The notes under the pieces: model-generated | Database searches by the model: none | What the model was told of the DNA's origin: nothing | What the model saw: the letters and a program-made list of their open reading frames with translations, nothing else | Source of the DNA: Stegostoma tigrinum | Taxonomy: Eukaryota | DNA: 64,000 nt | Assembly: GCF_030684315.1 (NCBI RefSeq) | Contig: NC_081384.1 | Span: 4,135,829-4,199,828, forward strand | Reading direction: 5' to 3' | In this document: positions 24,085 through 37,324 of the stretch, in pieces | Layout of the letters: the number at the start of each line of letters is the position of its first letter | Position numbering within the stretch: position 1 is the stretch's first letter | Position numbers and translations under genes: made by a program

Positions 24085-27000
24085 AGCTGCAGCTTAATTT
24101 GCTGAGCAGGGAGAAGGGGGAAAAAAAGGTCTTTATCAAACTGACATTTCACTTGCACTCTTCAGAAGCCGGCTGTGGACTACTTCCTCCCAGCCGGCCA
24201 ATCAAACTCGCGGCTGGCTCTATGGACGCCGCCTACTTCATGGGGGTTTTGAAATGAGAAGGACAGTGATGCATTTGTGGGACTCAGCAACACCTAGTTA
24301 TAGTGACAAATACAAGCTTGTTAATTTAGCTTTTATCAGCCAAATTGGAGGGAACTCCCTCCCGCTCCATACGTATACGCTAACCAGCTCAACTTGTTGC
24401 TATTTTCTTGTGACAACATGGAAAAGAACAAGATTTTCATTTATAATTTTTGTTCAGACGGGATGGCGACAGCAGGAACGCTAGAGGAGCTCTGAGTCTT
24501 TTTCATGTTCAGTTTTGTGGTAATCAATGACTGATGTAGTGATTCAATGTAACTAAGGCGAAGACTGAAAGTGTCACTATGAATTTTCTTCTACCTTTTA
24601 AGAAGTACAAAATGGTGGTATCTTCAGAAATATCCACATATATAATTAATATATAAATGTATAAATTGAATATGCTAATTATGGTTTCCATAGTTAAATG
24701 ACATTACTGTCTTCCAAACGGATAGGGCTTAGAGCCAGGAGTGAATTTTCACGCAGTTGAATATGTATTTTGCATGAACATGAATATGGCTTTGAAAATT
24801 TACGCTTGTTTCATTTGCTAACGGAGGCATTTTCTATCTAACGATGGCTCCGGGGTGGGAGGTCGAAAAATTCTAAATCTATAAGGGTCCATAGGGATAT
24901 CATTTGAAACAATGCTGTATGGAACAATAGTGCTCAAAAGACTTGAAACAAAGCAAACATATTTCGCCTTTAGTCTACCTTTTCTCTCTTGTCCTGCTTT
25001 GAATTAACAATGGACAATGGAATCAGGGTTCAACGATTACTGTATTTTCTCTCCATAGATCTGTTGAGGTTTTCCAGCAATTTCTGTTTATGTTTCTGAT
25101 TTCCAGCATCCGCAGTTCTTTTGGGGGTTTTAAAACCATAATTTCCCTTCACCCCGAAACATATTTTAATCTGTTCAATTGGCTTTTTAAAAAAAGGAGC
25201 TGGATTTAATCTATTTATTTTGTTTATAGTTTTCAGAAGTAGGAATTGACCGCCTTTTATCATAGCGCTTTCATTTTATTGCGCAATAATTTCGTAATTC
25301 CGTTTTTTTAAAATCAAACCTCTTGCGCATTACATTGACCATTTGAACGTCAAAACAAGTACTTGGATATCTTTTTTTTTAAATACTTAAAACCTGCTAG
25401 ATCTTTTTTGTACGAAAATTTGCTTCAGCATGTCAAAGATTTGAGCACAGGTAAGTAATCAGACAAGGAATGAGCGTTTTTTTTTCATAATGGAAGAGCG
25501 GATATTATGATGCAAAGCAAGCATAGACCTATCTGCTTCAAAACAAGGAATCTCAAGCTTGCTGCACATTTGTGCATTGTTGTGCACTAAGAGGCCAATC
25601 GTTTCGCCATTTATCTACAGCCATTAAATCTGACTTTATGTACGCCTGAGGTTTTTCAGCTGGGATCAAATCTCCTGTAAAAACACGTATTTGCAATATC
25701 AGTTGAGTTAAACTAGTGTTGTTTTTTTAAGAAAAGCAGAACTATGTAAGTTGGCTTTCTCCCGAGAGTAAAATGCTTTTTCTCTGTCAAATTCACGCAG
25801 AGACGCCAGCGCAGTTAAAATAAAAGCTTTATTAACAAAACATAAAGTTTTAACTTTCAAATACTAGCCCCTGCGGAGTTTCGCGGTCTCAACTGTAAAT
25901 ATTTAAGAACAAAAAATGTTTAACTCTGACGATGACAGATAGGAGCCTTTTTATTGACAACTACCTAAACGATAGATTTGATGGCGTTGTCCTTTTCAAC
26001 CTCAATTAAATTTCCCTTGGTGAGTAACGTTAATTCAGTTCACAGTCCGCGCACGTTTTAATCCTCTGAAAGCCGAGCCAGCGAATCAGCAATGTGAATT
26101 GGAAATCCAATCTAATATGTTCTTATTGAACTCGGCTAGAAATAGGATTTGCCACTTTCACACGGCTTGCCGCCCCCACACACCCCGAGAAATATATCAA
26201 CTAAAGTGAAATGAAAGCGGGTTTTGTGTGGATAACTGAGCTTTACTACAATTCATAAACGAGTAATATTTCAGAGCAGCAACAGGAGACATTAGCATGT
26301 TATTGCCACGTGGACGTGACACGTGTGGAGACGATTTTCCACCGTGAACTGCAGCAATAATTCTCCAGAAATGACTGATCCGCTGGTTTAAGAGAACAAG
26401 CGGAAGGATTACCCCGTAATCTTGTTTATAATAATACCCTGGAGTACAGTACTCTGTGTAGCCGCGTGGAATAAAGCGCGGTTCATTGTCTGTGAGAGAT
26501 GGTCAAGATTAAACTAATGAGAAAGGATTTATACATATGAACGCATTAAGACTACGATCACCGTAATATCGGAATAAAGCTCATGAAACCGAAACCTTAG
26601 CCACCATCTCGCAGCAAAGCGCTTCGACAGCTGCTGTCGACAGCCCGAAATCATAAATGCGAGATTCAAAACGATATACGACAATGGGACACAGCACAGA
26701 AAGCTCTGAGCAGGGGTGCAACAATGCAGCTTGTAGCTACAGTCAGAAAGTTCATTAACATGCTATTCGTTATATAAACACACCGGCACAGCCCTGCATC
26801 ATTGTTTTGTTATACAGCGTAATGCGGCCAAATTTGGTGATCTAGCTTGAATGGAATAGTACATGCTCTTGCACAATCGACGAGTAGGTTTGTTTGTAAT
26901 TAAAGTTGCAGTTCTCATTTTTGTTCAGGATGTGCTCCTCGTATCCCTTTTGGTGAAAATTTGCACACAATGGGTTTCAGCTTTCTTTTATTTATGAATA

Positions 27001-28296
27001 GTCTTACTCAACAGTGAGGTAAGTAATATGATTTTAGCGATGATCCGCGAATAATTGGGCGTCCGTAGGTCTATACTAATATGTCAGCATATTTAATTTA
27101 GAAAAAACATCTTTTATTCGTGAATTTGAGTGCCCCTCATCCACGTTGACCTGAACAAAACAGCACATCTTTCCATTATGGTTATAAGTGCCCGTGAGAA
27201 GTCAAGACATATAGCGCAACGCAAACAAAAAACAACCCCGCTTATTTTAAATCATGATATTCGTATTATGCCTCTTTCTATATTTTTTGGGGGGATTTTA
27301 AGCTTTTAAATAACGAACGTCAGAAGACGTGTTGAACGGACTCGTGTTTGTGTGAATTGTGACTCGTGTGCTTCTTTATCTCAAATTAAGACTGAGATTT
27401 ACAACTGATGCCATGCTTCTTTACGAAATTTAAAACTCCAGACATGAGGAGGTAATGATAAGAATCATTACGCCGATTAAAGAGACAGGATTAACTGCGG
27501 CATAGCATCTGATGCTGGTGCCTGTTTGGTGAAAGTAGGCCATGGATAATTTTAAGGCATTTTAAATCGGGTTTATTCAACTAAGTTGACAGTATCTGCA
27601 GTGGGAATCCTTTACAGTAATCGTTAGTGGGTGAATTACAATCTCAATGCTGAATTTAAGGGAAACAATCATTCTGAATGGGTCACGTTATTTTTTGAGA
27701 TTCCGTTTGGTGTTCAGTGTTGGCCAATTAATAGACCATCACGGGGATGGGGGGAGGGGGCAGGAGGTGGGTAGACGTTAGGGCACTTACTGCAAAATGG
27801 CGACAGAAGTCTGACTGCGTTGGAGAAAATCATGTAGCAACTGATATCTGTAAACGCTACAAACATTAATTCCTGGTCTGGATACGTGGACAATATATTG
27901 GGATTCAACAACAAATAATCTGTTTGAACAGAAAATGAAAGTTCTTTCTGAACTATTCTTGCAGGTTGCGTAGTTTTGCATAATTAGCACGTTTGTCCTT
28001 CAACTTCTAAATTATCTTAACAATTGAATCTAACCGCTTAAACTTCCAGGCCTCGCCATTCAATACATTTAGCGGTAATGGTCTTATTCTCTCTTTCTCG
28101 ATCTTCTATGTCTCCGCCCGCCCCCGCCCCTTAGTCGCTCATTCAAATAGACATGAAATGGGTTAAATTACTGAGCGGTTGCACAAAGAATATTTTATGT
28201 ATTTACCACATATAGTTGTGAAATGGTAACGTAATTGAATATACAATTGCAATACAGTACATTATCGAGTTTTCTTTTCACAGACAACGCTCCAAA

Positions 28297-28382
28297 ATCG
28301 CCTCACTGATAGTTTCTAATGTATAGGAACATGAAAGATCGCCGCACTGGTAGTTTCTAATGTATAGGAACATGTAAGATCG
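28297..28382. repeat. 41-bp tandem duplication (2 copies, 3 mismatches)
   Basis: atcgcc(t/g)cactg(a/g)tagtttctaatgtataggaacatg(a/t)aag repeated at 28297 and 28338. Confidence 0.9.
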
Positions 28383-31300
28383 GGGACATGTCAAGAACTT
28401 TGAAACTTTTCCTTATGTTTTTGGCGGGAAGTGGGGGGGGGGGCGGTCTTCGATTTCCTTTCTCTAAATTGACAACGAGAATTTAAACAAAATCTCTCAG
28501 CAGTAGTAACCAACCGGGTCCGTCAGCAGTGTTTGGACGCTTTGCATATTTTTATTGGTTACCAACCGACAATCTGCGGGAGATTCTTTTTGACTCCCAT
28601 AAGTATATACCAACAAAATAAAAACGTAATGAGAACTGTACAATAATTTACAAACGATAATATATTTACTTACCGGAATTAACTATATGTCCCTGCTGTG
28701 GGATTCGATCGCACAGTTATCTAAGTTCTACTTTCCTAACAGAAATGCTTTCCGCTATTTGCAGCTTCTTGTGACATTCCTGCACCTTTAATATAATTTT
28801 GTTGCAATACTCGTTCGGAGACCGATCACAGCTCAGTCAGGGAACTTTCATATTCAAGTTCACAATTATAGCATCTTGAAAGGAGATGGGGGGTGGGGGG
28901 TCACAGTTTGTTTCGATTTTTAGATCTTGTATATGACTTACTTTAGTTCATAATTCATTTTGGATATCACTGCGCACGGAGAATGAGGATGGAACAGCCT
29001 CGAACCGAAGCAACGACAAGATACGCGACGATTCTGCCGTCTGACAGAAAATTTGTCGAAACATATTAATATAAGACACAGCACCGAAATTAATGATGAA
29101 CCTTCAAGTAACCAGTTAGCATTTGTATCCATGCTTATGATGTCCTCATTGACAGCATGAATTAGACTCGCTTAGTTAAGAATACTGTTCTGTGTCCATT
29201 TTTGTAGGGTTTGTTGTTCTGTCTATATCCGTCTGTTTGGCTTCGTCTTCACGTTGGTGACAATGTCCCCTCTCAGCTCTGATGTTTTCCTTTTTAACCC
29301 GTTTCTTTACGGGAATCCTTTCATATTGCCTCGGATAATGCAGACACATGAAATCTGAACTTTGTGATTAACAAACCACGGTTTCCTGTTCACCTCCTCG
29401 GTGCGGACCTTTTCATGTCTTTGTCATTTCTTGTCCTGTGCACTTCGAAATTAAATTCAAATCAAAGCTATTCATGTGTGCCCATGAATTCTCTCAAGGT
29501 GAAGGTGATGCCTCAGCGCTTTCCTTTGTATAGAATCCATCCGTCTCCTGTAAGCAACTTCTGAAGTAAAATGAGGCACAATCCTCCACTACGACAAACA
29601 AAATCTCAAAACCCGCAGAAGAGAGGCCTCTAACTCTGTTTTAGTTTAACAATAGGACAACAAGTTGCGTTAAATATTTATGACAGTCTCCAACACGAAT
29701 CTCCCTCCTCCTATCCAAAAAGAAGCATTTTCCATGTTGAAATGCAAACGATTTTTAATTCTTTTTGAAACTTAAGATAGCTTCAGATAAGATGATGAAG
29801 TGCTCACAATTCTTGGGATTGGGATAATAAAGTATCTAAAATAATTGTAGATATTGAATATTTTAAATGAAATGAGTTTTGGCGATCATTTCAAACGATG
29901 TAGATTCAGTGACTTGCGGTTTACTCATTTCCTGTCAGCACCAAGCCAGACTCTGCGCGATGTTACAACAAATAAACGTGCAAAACAAGTTATCACCACA
30001 TTCAACATTTCTGACTTATTAGTGATTCAAACAAATGCATCCACTGTCTCGTCGTTGGTCGTTGAGACCTGATTGTGTAGCGTTTCCACATTAATTGCTC
30101 TCTGAGCTTGCGTTTCAAGTGAGAGTGATGTTGACTACAATTGCATGTCACATTTTGAATCGGTGCAAGTGTGGCCCCGCAGAATGCCACTTCCGTGTAA
30201 TTTTTGAACTAATCCTGATTCATGGCATGGTGACTTCTAGTCTGCGCCAAACGAACGTCCTGTCCAGACGCTGCTCGAAGATCAAATTAGTTTGGAAAAC
30301 ATTTCAAACTAAAACCACAAAGCTATCACAGTGAAACAACTTTCAGTTTCAAGGTTTACATACATTGCAAATGTACCGGCCTATCACTCTTTTATGAGAC
30401 TGACCGTTTGCGCTGCTTCGTCACAGATCGTCACGACACCTGCACGCCATGACAGGGAATCATCCCTTTGTAAACCTCCCAAATCAAAGAGAATTAGAAG
30501 AATTGCATCAATGCGGCTCTTGGTTCAGTTTGTAACAATTGCACTTCGAAAGATTTCACTTTTTTCTCGCGGAAATTCGAACGCTGACTTTGACATTAAC
30601 ACCGTGTGTTCCACTCATACAGCCGTGGAAACATTTGAAGCATTTCTACACATATGAAATACTTTTTTTTTAAACCGCACACACAAAAAAGGTGAAATTA
30701 TGGGTAATTGTATTTCGAATTCCCCACAAATAATATGTTAACAAATTACGTAGAAGTGAGGTTTGTGCCTAACGCTACACCAACGTGTTCGCTTTGTAAT
30801 GGGGTTTCTAATCGGGTGTCGTAAATGGCTTCTTTTCGTATATATAAACGGTGTTGGCTACTTCCGATAGCATCATCAAAACGATCTCAATAATTCAGAA
30901 ACGGCAGTGTCGTTTTCATTATTAATACCGTGTGGAAGTTAACATTTTGCTGTTCAGTTACAGTTTAAACGAATGTTCAATGAGTTGTCTTACTCGCTTA
31001 AGTTCATCAGTTTAACCAGGTGGAATAGATTTGAATGCAATGTGGCCGCTTTGGCCAAACGATCGAACAGAGAGAAAAGGAGGGCGTATAGATGACACCT
31101 CAAATTCATTTTATAAGCATCCCAAGGCCAGTATTTTGTCTCAACAAAGCTTGCGGAGGAGATACCCCGTGAGAATGAAAGCAATAACACGGTTTATTAT
31201 TTGGTTCAATTAATTCGAAGTTTACGGTTTGTGTAATGTCCAATCTATATTGTTTAACTGTAAGCAAAAGCTGTACTTCCTTGCCAATAACTGGCTGACT

Positions 31301-34300
31301 TTGATTTTCTGGTGACATCAAATTTGCACTAATAAACCTGATCTGAAACAGCAATAAGAATTTGGTCTAACGGTCCCGGCAATCCTTTTTAATCCTACAC
31401 AGTTATGAGTATTTGGTGAATTCCATAAATTAATAATGCTTTTGCAATAAATCCTTCGGATAACAAACACGTCGCTGCACAAAACAGTTTTAAAACTGGT
31501 TAATAAAGTTCCAGCTAAAAGTGCACAGGGAGCATTGAGAACTCTTCTTCAAAGAAATACCTTTGGTCGCGCTGCAAAAAAACCCCAAACCTTGCTACAG
31601 TGTTTGAAATGATGAATTATTTTCACTGACTCTCATGGGATGCTGACTACTCAAAAACATCGGCGGTTTTTATAAAAGATTTATAAAGAATTCTCGCAAG
31701 ACATTTCATAAGAAATGGCGCCAACGTATTAAACAATGTTCTTCATTTTCGTTCCATTGCTGTCATTGGAATAATGCAACATATAAAGGGGTCTTCCGCG
31801 TAAAGCAGGATGTGTAGGGTTTCACAACGAATGATTTGGTCTGGTTGAAGTAACTGCTTAAGAATCTTTGCAGCCTATTAATTGTATATCAATGTCTGAT
31901 AATCCGCTCTCACTTGTGGGGTTTTACTTCAGGAAAGTTCAGCATTCACACCACAACGGTGCAATGAATGATTTACACAGACTATGCAAATTATACTTCC
32001 ACTTAGATAATCAGATAAATATTGATATTTAATATTTAGAAATAATATTTCTTCGAAAGCTAGAAATCCCTGTTCAAATTATCTGATTGTAGAAACAATC
32101 GGTTTTTTTCTGTACGTTCGTAAATCACAGGTCGCACTGAAAAACACAAATCATCGCTGCAGTACTAGAAAACTCCACACGAGGTCGGTGTTGTGTCACA
32201 AATGAGGTGAAGAAGACGCCTTTGTAGCATAAAACCAATGAAATTAAAACCAAGGCTAAAAAGAAAGTAGTTTTACTTGCAACAGATACATTAACAACAC
32301 TAAATGTAAATGCACTGCATAGTTTCAATTTTAAAATTTAATTTTAACTATTTCGATCACATTTGTTCATTATAATAAAATTATAAAAATGAAACAGCCA
32401 AATAACTAGCCGAATAATTACTTTTATCTAATAATGTTCACATTTCAATCGATTCATTCTCTTGTCGTCTTTTCTGATATTTAACTTGTATCCTTTTCGA
32501 GGAAGAAGACAACCATCACGTGGAAGAGGCTGACTCTTGATATATTAAGTAACAGGCCAGTTATTTTTTAAGTTCTGGGTTAAAAGGTTGTCTGTGAATT
32601 GTTCAACGATTTCTTGGGTTACCTATCACAGGCAATGATTGATGTTGATATTCATAGACTATACAGTTACAAAATTAGAAAGGAGATACATGTTACTTTG
32701 AAGGATTTTTGCACGTTAAACTGTCTTTCATTCTTAACTAATTTCCAATTAGAGACATCCAACTCTCAGGCCAGTCTTTCTGCTGCTTTCAGGTTGTGAC
32801 CAAGAAAATAACTACACACTACTTTGCTGCTAAGAAAATTTTTAAAAAGCCTATGTATTTTCCTTTTCACAGCATTCAGACTGGATTATTATGAGCATTA
32901 ACTAATTAATCAACCATGGTTTCAGAAATCTACACTTGAATTCGTAACTAAAGTAAAAAAAACTCTGACAGAATGAATCATCTGCAACTCATAGTCAGAC
33001 AGATTGCTGTATGCTTTCAACGTCAGTGAGTTTCTCAACACAATTCTTCAGCGGCAGAACAAATCATATATTTTACACTCATTCTAAGTAACAGTCTCTC
33101 CAATATTTTGAAATCGAAAGCGGTTGTACAAAAGTAAACTTTGTTGCAAAACTTCAAACCACTCCCAAACTCAGCGAAAACAGATAAATAGAACTCTCAG
33201 AAAGCTCCTGAAGATTTAACAATTCATCACACCCCGGGGCGTTATTTGCGAACATGACGCAAAAGAGCAGAAAAATGGGCATTTATCCAAAGCGCACTGA
33301 ACTTGCAGCTGGTTCCAAAAGCAAGGGTCTAACATAACAGTGAGACATTCTAAACCAAGTAGTAGCGAACTGTTTCATTTTAAATAGAAGAGAGAAACAA
33401 AATCAACAATCGTAGGCAGCAATCGGTCAGTTATGATATTCACTGTTCTTACTGCAACGATCAGAGATGGCGGAACTAAAATTCAGCAGAGGGATAATTG
33501 CTAATGAGGAGGGAATTGCGCTACTGCAAGGGAATTCTGCAAATTCAGTGATGGGTTAGACTCCGAGATATGGTTGGTGGTGGGGGTTGGGGAAGGGGAG
33601 TTGGTCATATTTTCCGGGCGGACCTGGTTTTTGCACATGTGGTTTGAAGTCTGCTAAGAGCTTGATATGTTACTTCTGCCCGTGTGTGCACTGTTTCTAT
33701 TTAACAAAACACAAACAAGGCCCAAAAACACTACTTCTAAGAATCTTGCCTTCGCCAGAGGTAACCTCCAGGAGCTTCCAGAAACGTGTAGGCACTCACC
33801 TGTCAGATTGTTACCGTCTGTTTAGAGGTTTTTCTCCTCTCCTGGACCACTATTTGCTACTTTAATGCGGCAGTCCTTCAGTCTCTCAACGACCGTGGAA
33901 TCTGTGCTCATTCCCTCTCCCCGTTCGAAAGCCCGCAGCAGATTTTATACCACATGCATAATATTACCGCTATTACAGCTTGACGTTGATTGCACCATCA
34001 TGCGCATTATGCAGATTGAGTATCGCTACTGCCAGGCTTTTCAAACGAGCCTTCGTTTTTCTGAGGAGGCTGTTGTATTTATCGGAAGTCGGTGCTGCAT
34101 GCACTTAACGCATCGTTTGGTCAGTCGGATTTATGCCAAGGAAGGTTCATTTCGAAATGAGTCGTTAACATGTTATTAAAGATCAGTGAAATATAACTGT
34201 AGTCATGGCAACAGTTGTTGCTTGTTATTGGCGTATCATAGCAAGGTTATAGAAGATTACCTCCTGCGTCAGACACTAGAAGGGCTGCTTGCACGGGGAT

Positions 34301-34479
34301 AGTCTGTGAATACATTCACTTTCCGCCAACGGGTAGAAAATCCAGCGCCAAGTTTGAACCATTTTTAAATTCTTCTTTCTTCTGCTTTGAAGGTCACTCA
34401 GAACCATTAGCAGATTGTGAAACTGATCCGTTTGCGGAGTGGTTTGCAAGTTTGTTCTGTTAGCAGAATGTGTTTGTCT

Positions 34480-34509
34480 TGACCTCAGGGTCAAAGGTGA
34501 CCTTGACCT
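34480..34509. promoter_or_regulatory. Cluster of nuclear-receptor half-sites (DR0 + DR1)
   Basis: TGACCT-ca-GGGTCA-a-AGG-TGACCT-TGACCT. Perfect AGGTCAAGGTCA on minus 34509-34498; GGGTCAaAGGTGA on plus 34488-34500. Confidence 0.55.
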
Positions 34510-36539
34510 CATGGAAGTTCAAAGACAATCCTTAGTAGAGCAGAGGGACAAAAGACGGGTGGGCATTTAAAACAGCTGGGGTTCCTGAGAAAGAAAGGGA
34601 TGATAAAATGCGAGAAAGGAAGGAATGAAGGGCAGACAGGGACAGAAAGTGAAGGAAGGCGTGAAGAGGAAGGTATAGAGAACGAGGAGGTAAAAAACAG
34701 AATTTCACAGCGAACCGAGCAGCAGTTGTTTATAAAAAGGATATATTTCCATTTTGATCAAAGAGTTTTGTTTTATTTATAAATGTTTAGCTATTATTGA
34801 TTGTGCAAAAATAATGCAGTACGCATCAGGGGCGGAGAAGCAAGGCTAAAGGTGGAAAGAGAACGCCGGAGAAAGACTTGGGAAAGATACGAAATAAATC
34901 GAAAACTAACAGATAGAAACAAAGACAGAGAGAAAGAGGAAACGAAAGAAAGAGAATTAAAAAAACACTGGGAGTTTAGAGATCATAACGGATCAGAGAC
35001 AAAAAAAAACAGAAATATAATTGCCATTTAAAGCTTCTGTCGCTTCCCTATCAAAACGATTCTAGGAAACCCTTAAAACGTATTCCATTACATCAATGCG
35101 TCAAATCGAATGGACATGGTGGAGAATTTAATGTTTCAGAGATTAACCACAGTACAGTAATAACCATAACGCAATTAATCGATAAATCCATCTCCAGAAA
35201 AGAGTGTAGATAATCTCTCCAGATTTTTAAAGAAGATTTGATGTAAACGTTTGAATCATTCTCTTCCTGTGAAACGCATTATAAGTTCACATCCTATATC
35301 GTTTAATCGAATAAAGACCTGGCCTCTCCCAGTTTAACTATGTATTTACGAAGTTGAAAATCTAAATTAGTTCCTCCTCGTAGAGAAAACGAGTCAGTCC
35401 TCTAATATATTGCAGTGTTCTATCACGGGGTCAATATCGACTCCGCTTCAGTTCCCCTTATAGTCTGTAACTAAATAAATTGTGCTGCAGCGCTTTCCAG
35501 TAAGAACACAAAAGTTTTGAATTCACCTTCGTCCATTCAGTTCGTTTCAGTTTAAAGCACAACTAAGATAAAGGCAAAGTTTGTTTACACTCAACAAGGA
35601 AAGAGTGAGGGAGAAACGTCTTGTTCCACCCGATAAGCGGGGCATTCAAGTTGGCTTTTAGATTTTAAAAGAAAGTTCAGTTGAAACTTTCCTTGAGCGA
35701 TTCATAGTTATAAACAGATATAGAAACAGTAAGTATGATGGAGAAAAAAGACAGCCACAACGAGGGAGAAAGAAGGCGCAAGAGGAAACAACAGAGAATC
35801 TATTTAAATATTGGTGAAGAAAGATAAGTTTACAATGGACACATGTTGCATCCGCGCTCGACAAATGTGTATGTAAACCGTGCATAAACTGGGCGCATGT
35901 TATGTATGCACCAGGAAGCGCTAAATGCGTGTAGAACACTTATTGGTAACATGGCGAGCATAGACAAGGTACATATAGTGCACATTCTGGATGCAAGTTA
36001 GTTACTGAATCCACGCTAGTGCACGTTGGCTCAAGGTTAGACGCGGGACGGATAGGTGCGTAACTGTTCGTTTTATGGTCAATATTTGGTGCTTACTCCA
36101 GGTTGAGTACACAATGACTATATGTTTAGCACACGCTTGGTACGTACTAAATTCATGTTGGGTGCTGCTCGCAATATTTTCTATCAACGTTATTACGCCT
36201 CTGTTCACGTTGGGCACATGGAACTGGATGCTGTTTCTGTTTGTACGCTGACCATCTCACCAACACAACTCTTGATGCTCTAGTCTTTCTAAATGTTTGT
36301 GTGTCAACTAATACTTCGCAAGCAGGGATTTCCGTCAACTAAATATTAGAAGCATTCGTTTCTGTCCCTGCCACAAACTGTATTCGCTAACTACTGACTA
36401 TATTCCTCTCTGCGGGAATAATTTGAAGATCACCAAGGCAGTTCGCCAATCCGATGACTCATTAGCAGTGGAAAGAACTTCCAAGACGCAAACCTACAAC
36501 GTTACTAACACTGCCTAGTCCCATCTTCACACCATAGCC

Positions 36540-36800
36540 AACCTCATATCTGCCTTAGCCGACCTGCTGTTGAAAACCTCATTCATCCAATTGTCGCCAC
36601 AGGACTAGACAAATGTAATTCACTCATGGGTGCCTTTAACTTTCCACCGTCCGCAAACTTCAGGTCATCAAAGTATTTATTACTTTGATGTCTTACCTTA
36701 GTCAAAGTCTCTTTCACCCATCACATTTGTTTATTATCGCTGAGCTAAAGTATCTCTGATTAAGTAATATTTCGGTTCTAAATGTGGGTTTCAAATCCCG
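36540..36800 (+). mobile_element. Old L2-type LINE fragment (ORF2 C-terminal region)
   Basis: Translates to AVENLIHPIVATGLDKCNSLMG, resembling the L2 motif AETLIHAFVTSRLDYSNALL. Boundaries approximate. Confidence 0.6.
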
Positions 36801-37324
36801 CTGTTATCGCGTCCCTGATTTCCGTAATCGCTTGCCCTTTAATCGAATTCAGACACATCGACAGCCAACATCCTAAATATTACTACTTCACTCTCTGCTT
36901 GAAATTGTGTTTCTTCTTCCCTTCCACTCCTCATGTGGCTCAAAAGACTAATTTTGTCAGATGATAGCACATGTGAAAGACATTGCCACTTCTGAACGCA
37001 TCACTGGCGCTTTGTAAACGCACCTTGAATTTGCGGTTCCATTCTGGGCTGTAGCTGGATCTGGATAAGTCCAAAATTACTTCGCAAAATCTTGAGCTAG
37101 CTTGACAGCGATTTGTTTCACTTGGATTGTGATAGGCACATGGCCTGTACCCAGCTCTTAAAAGAGGTAGATTCTCGGTAACATTTCCAGGCATCATTTG
37201 TTACTGCTCATGTCACTAGAGTGCAGATCTAATTTGCTCATGGAACATTGACTGAAATTAAATGCCTACTATGACTACCCTTCCAGGGATTGAGAGAGCA
37301 GTCTGTAAAATTGGCGTGAACATC

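Noticed and set aside
34276-34512. 78-aa ORF with QSRRKK and, in another frame, RKRISFT..KWF, as a possible Hox pseudogene
   Set aside because: Motif spacing is incompatible with a homeodomain and there are no helix 1/2 residues; better explained as non-coding.
35800-36260. Purine-pyrimidine alternating, CpG-containing stretch (similar one at ~48300-48520)
   Set aside because: No periodic unit or credible ORF; probably decayed simple sequence.
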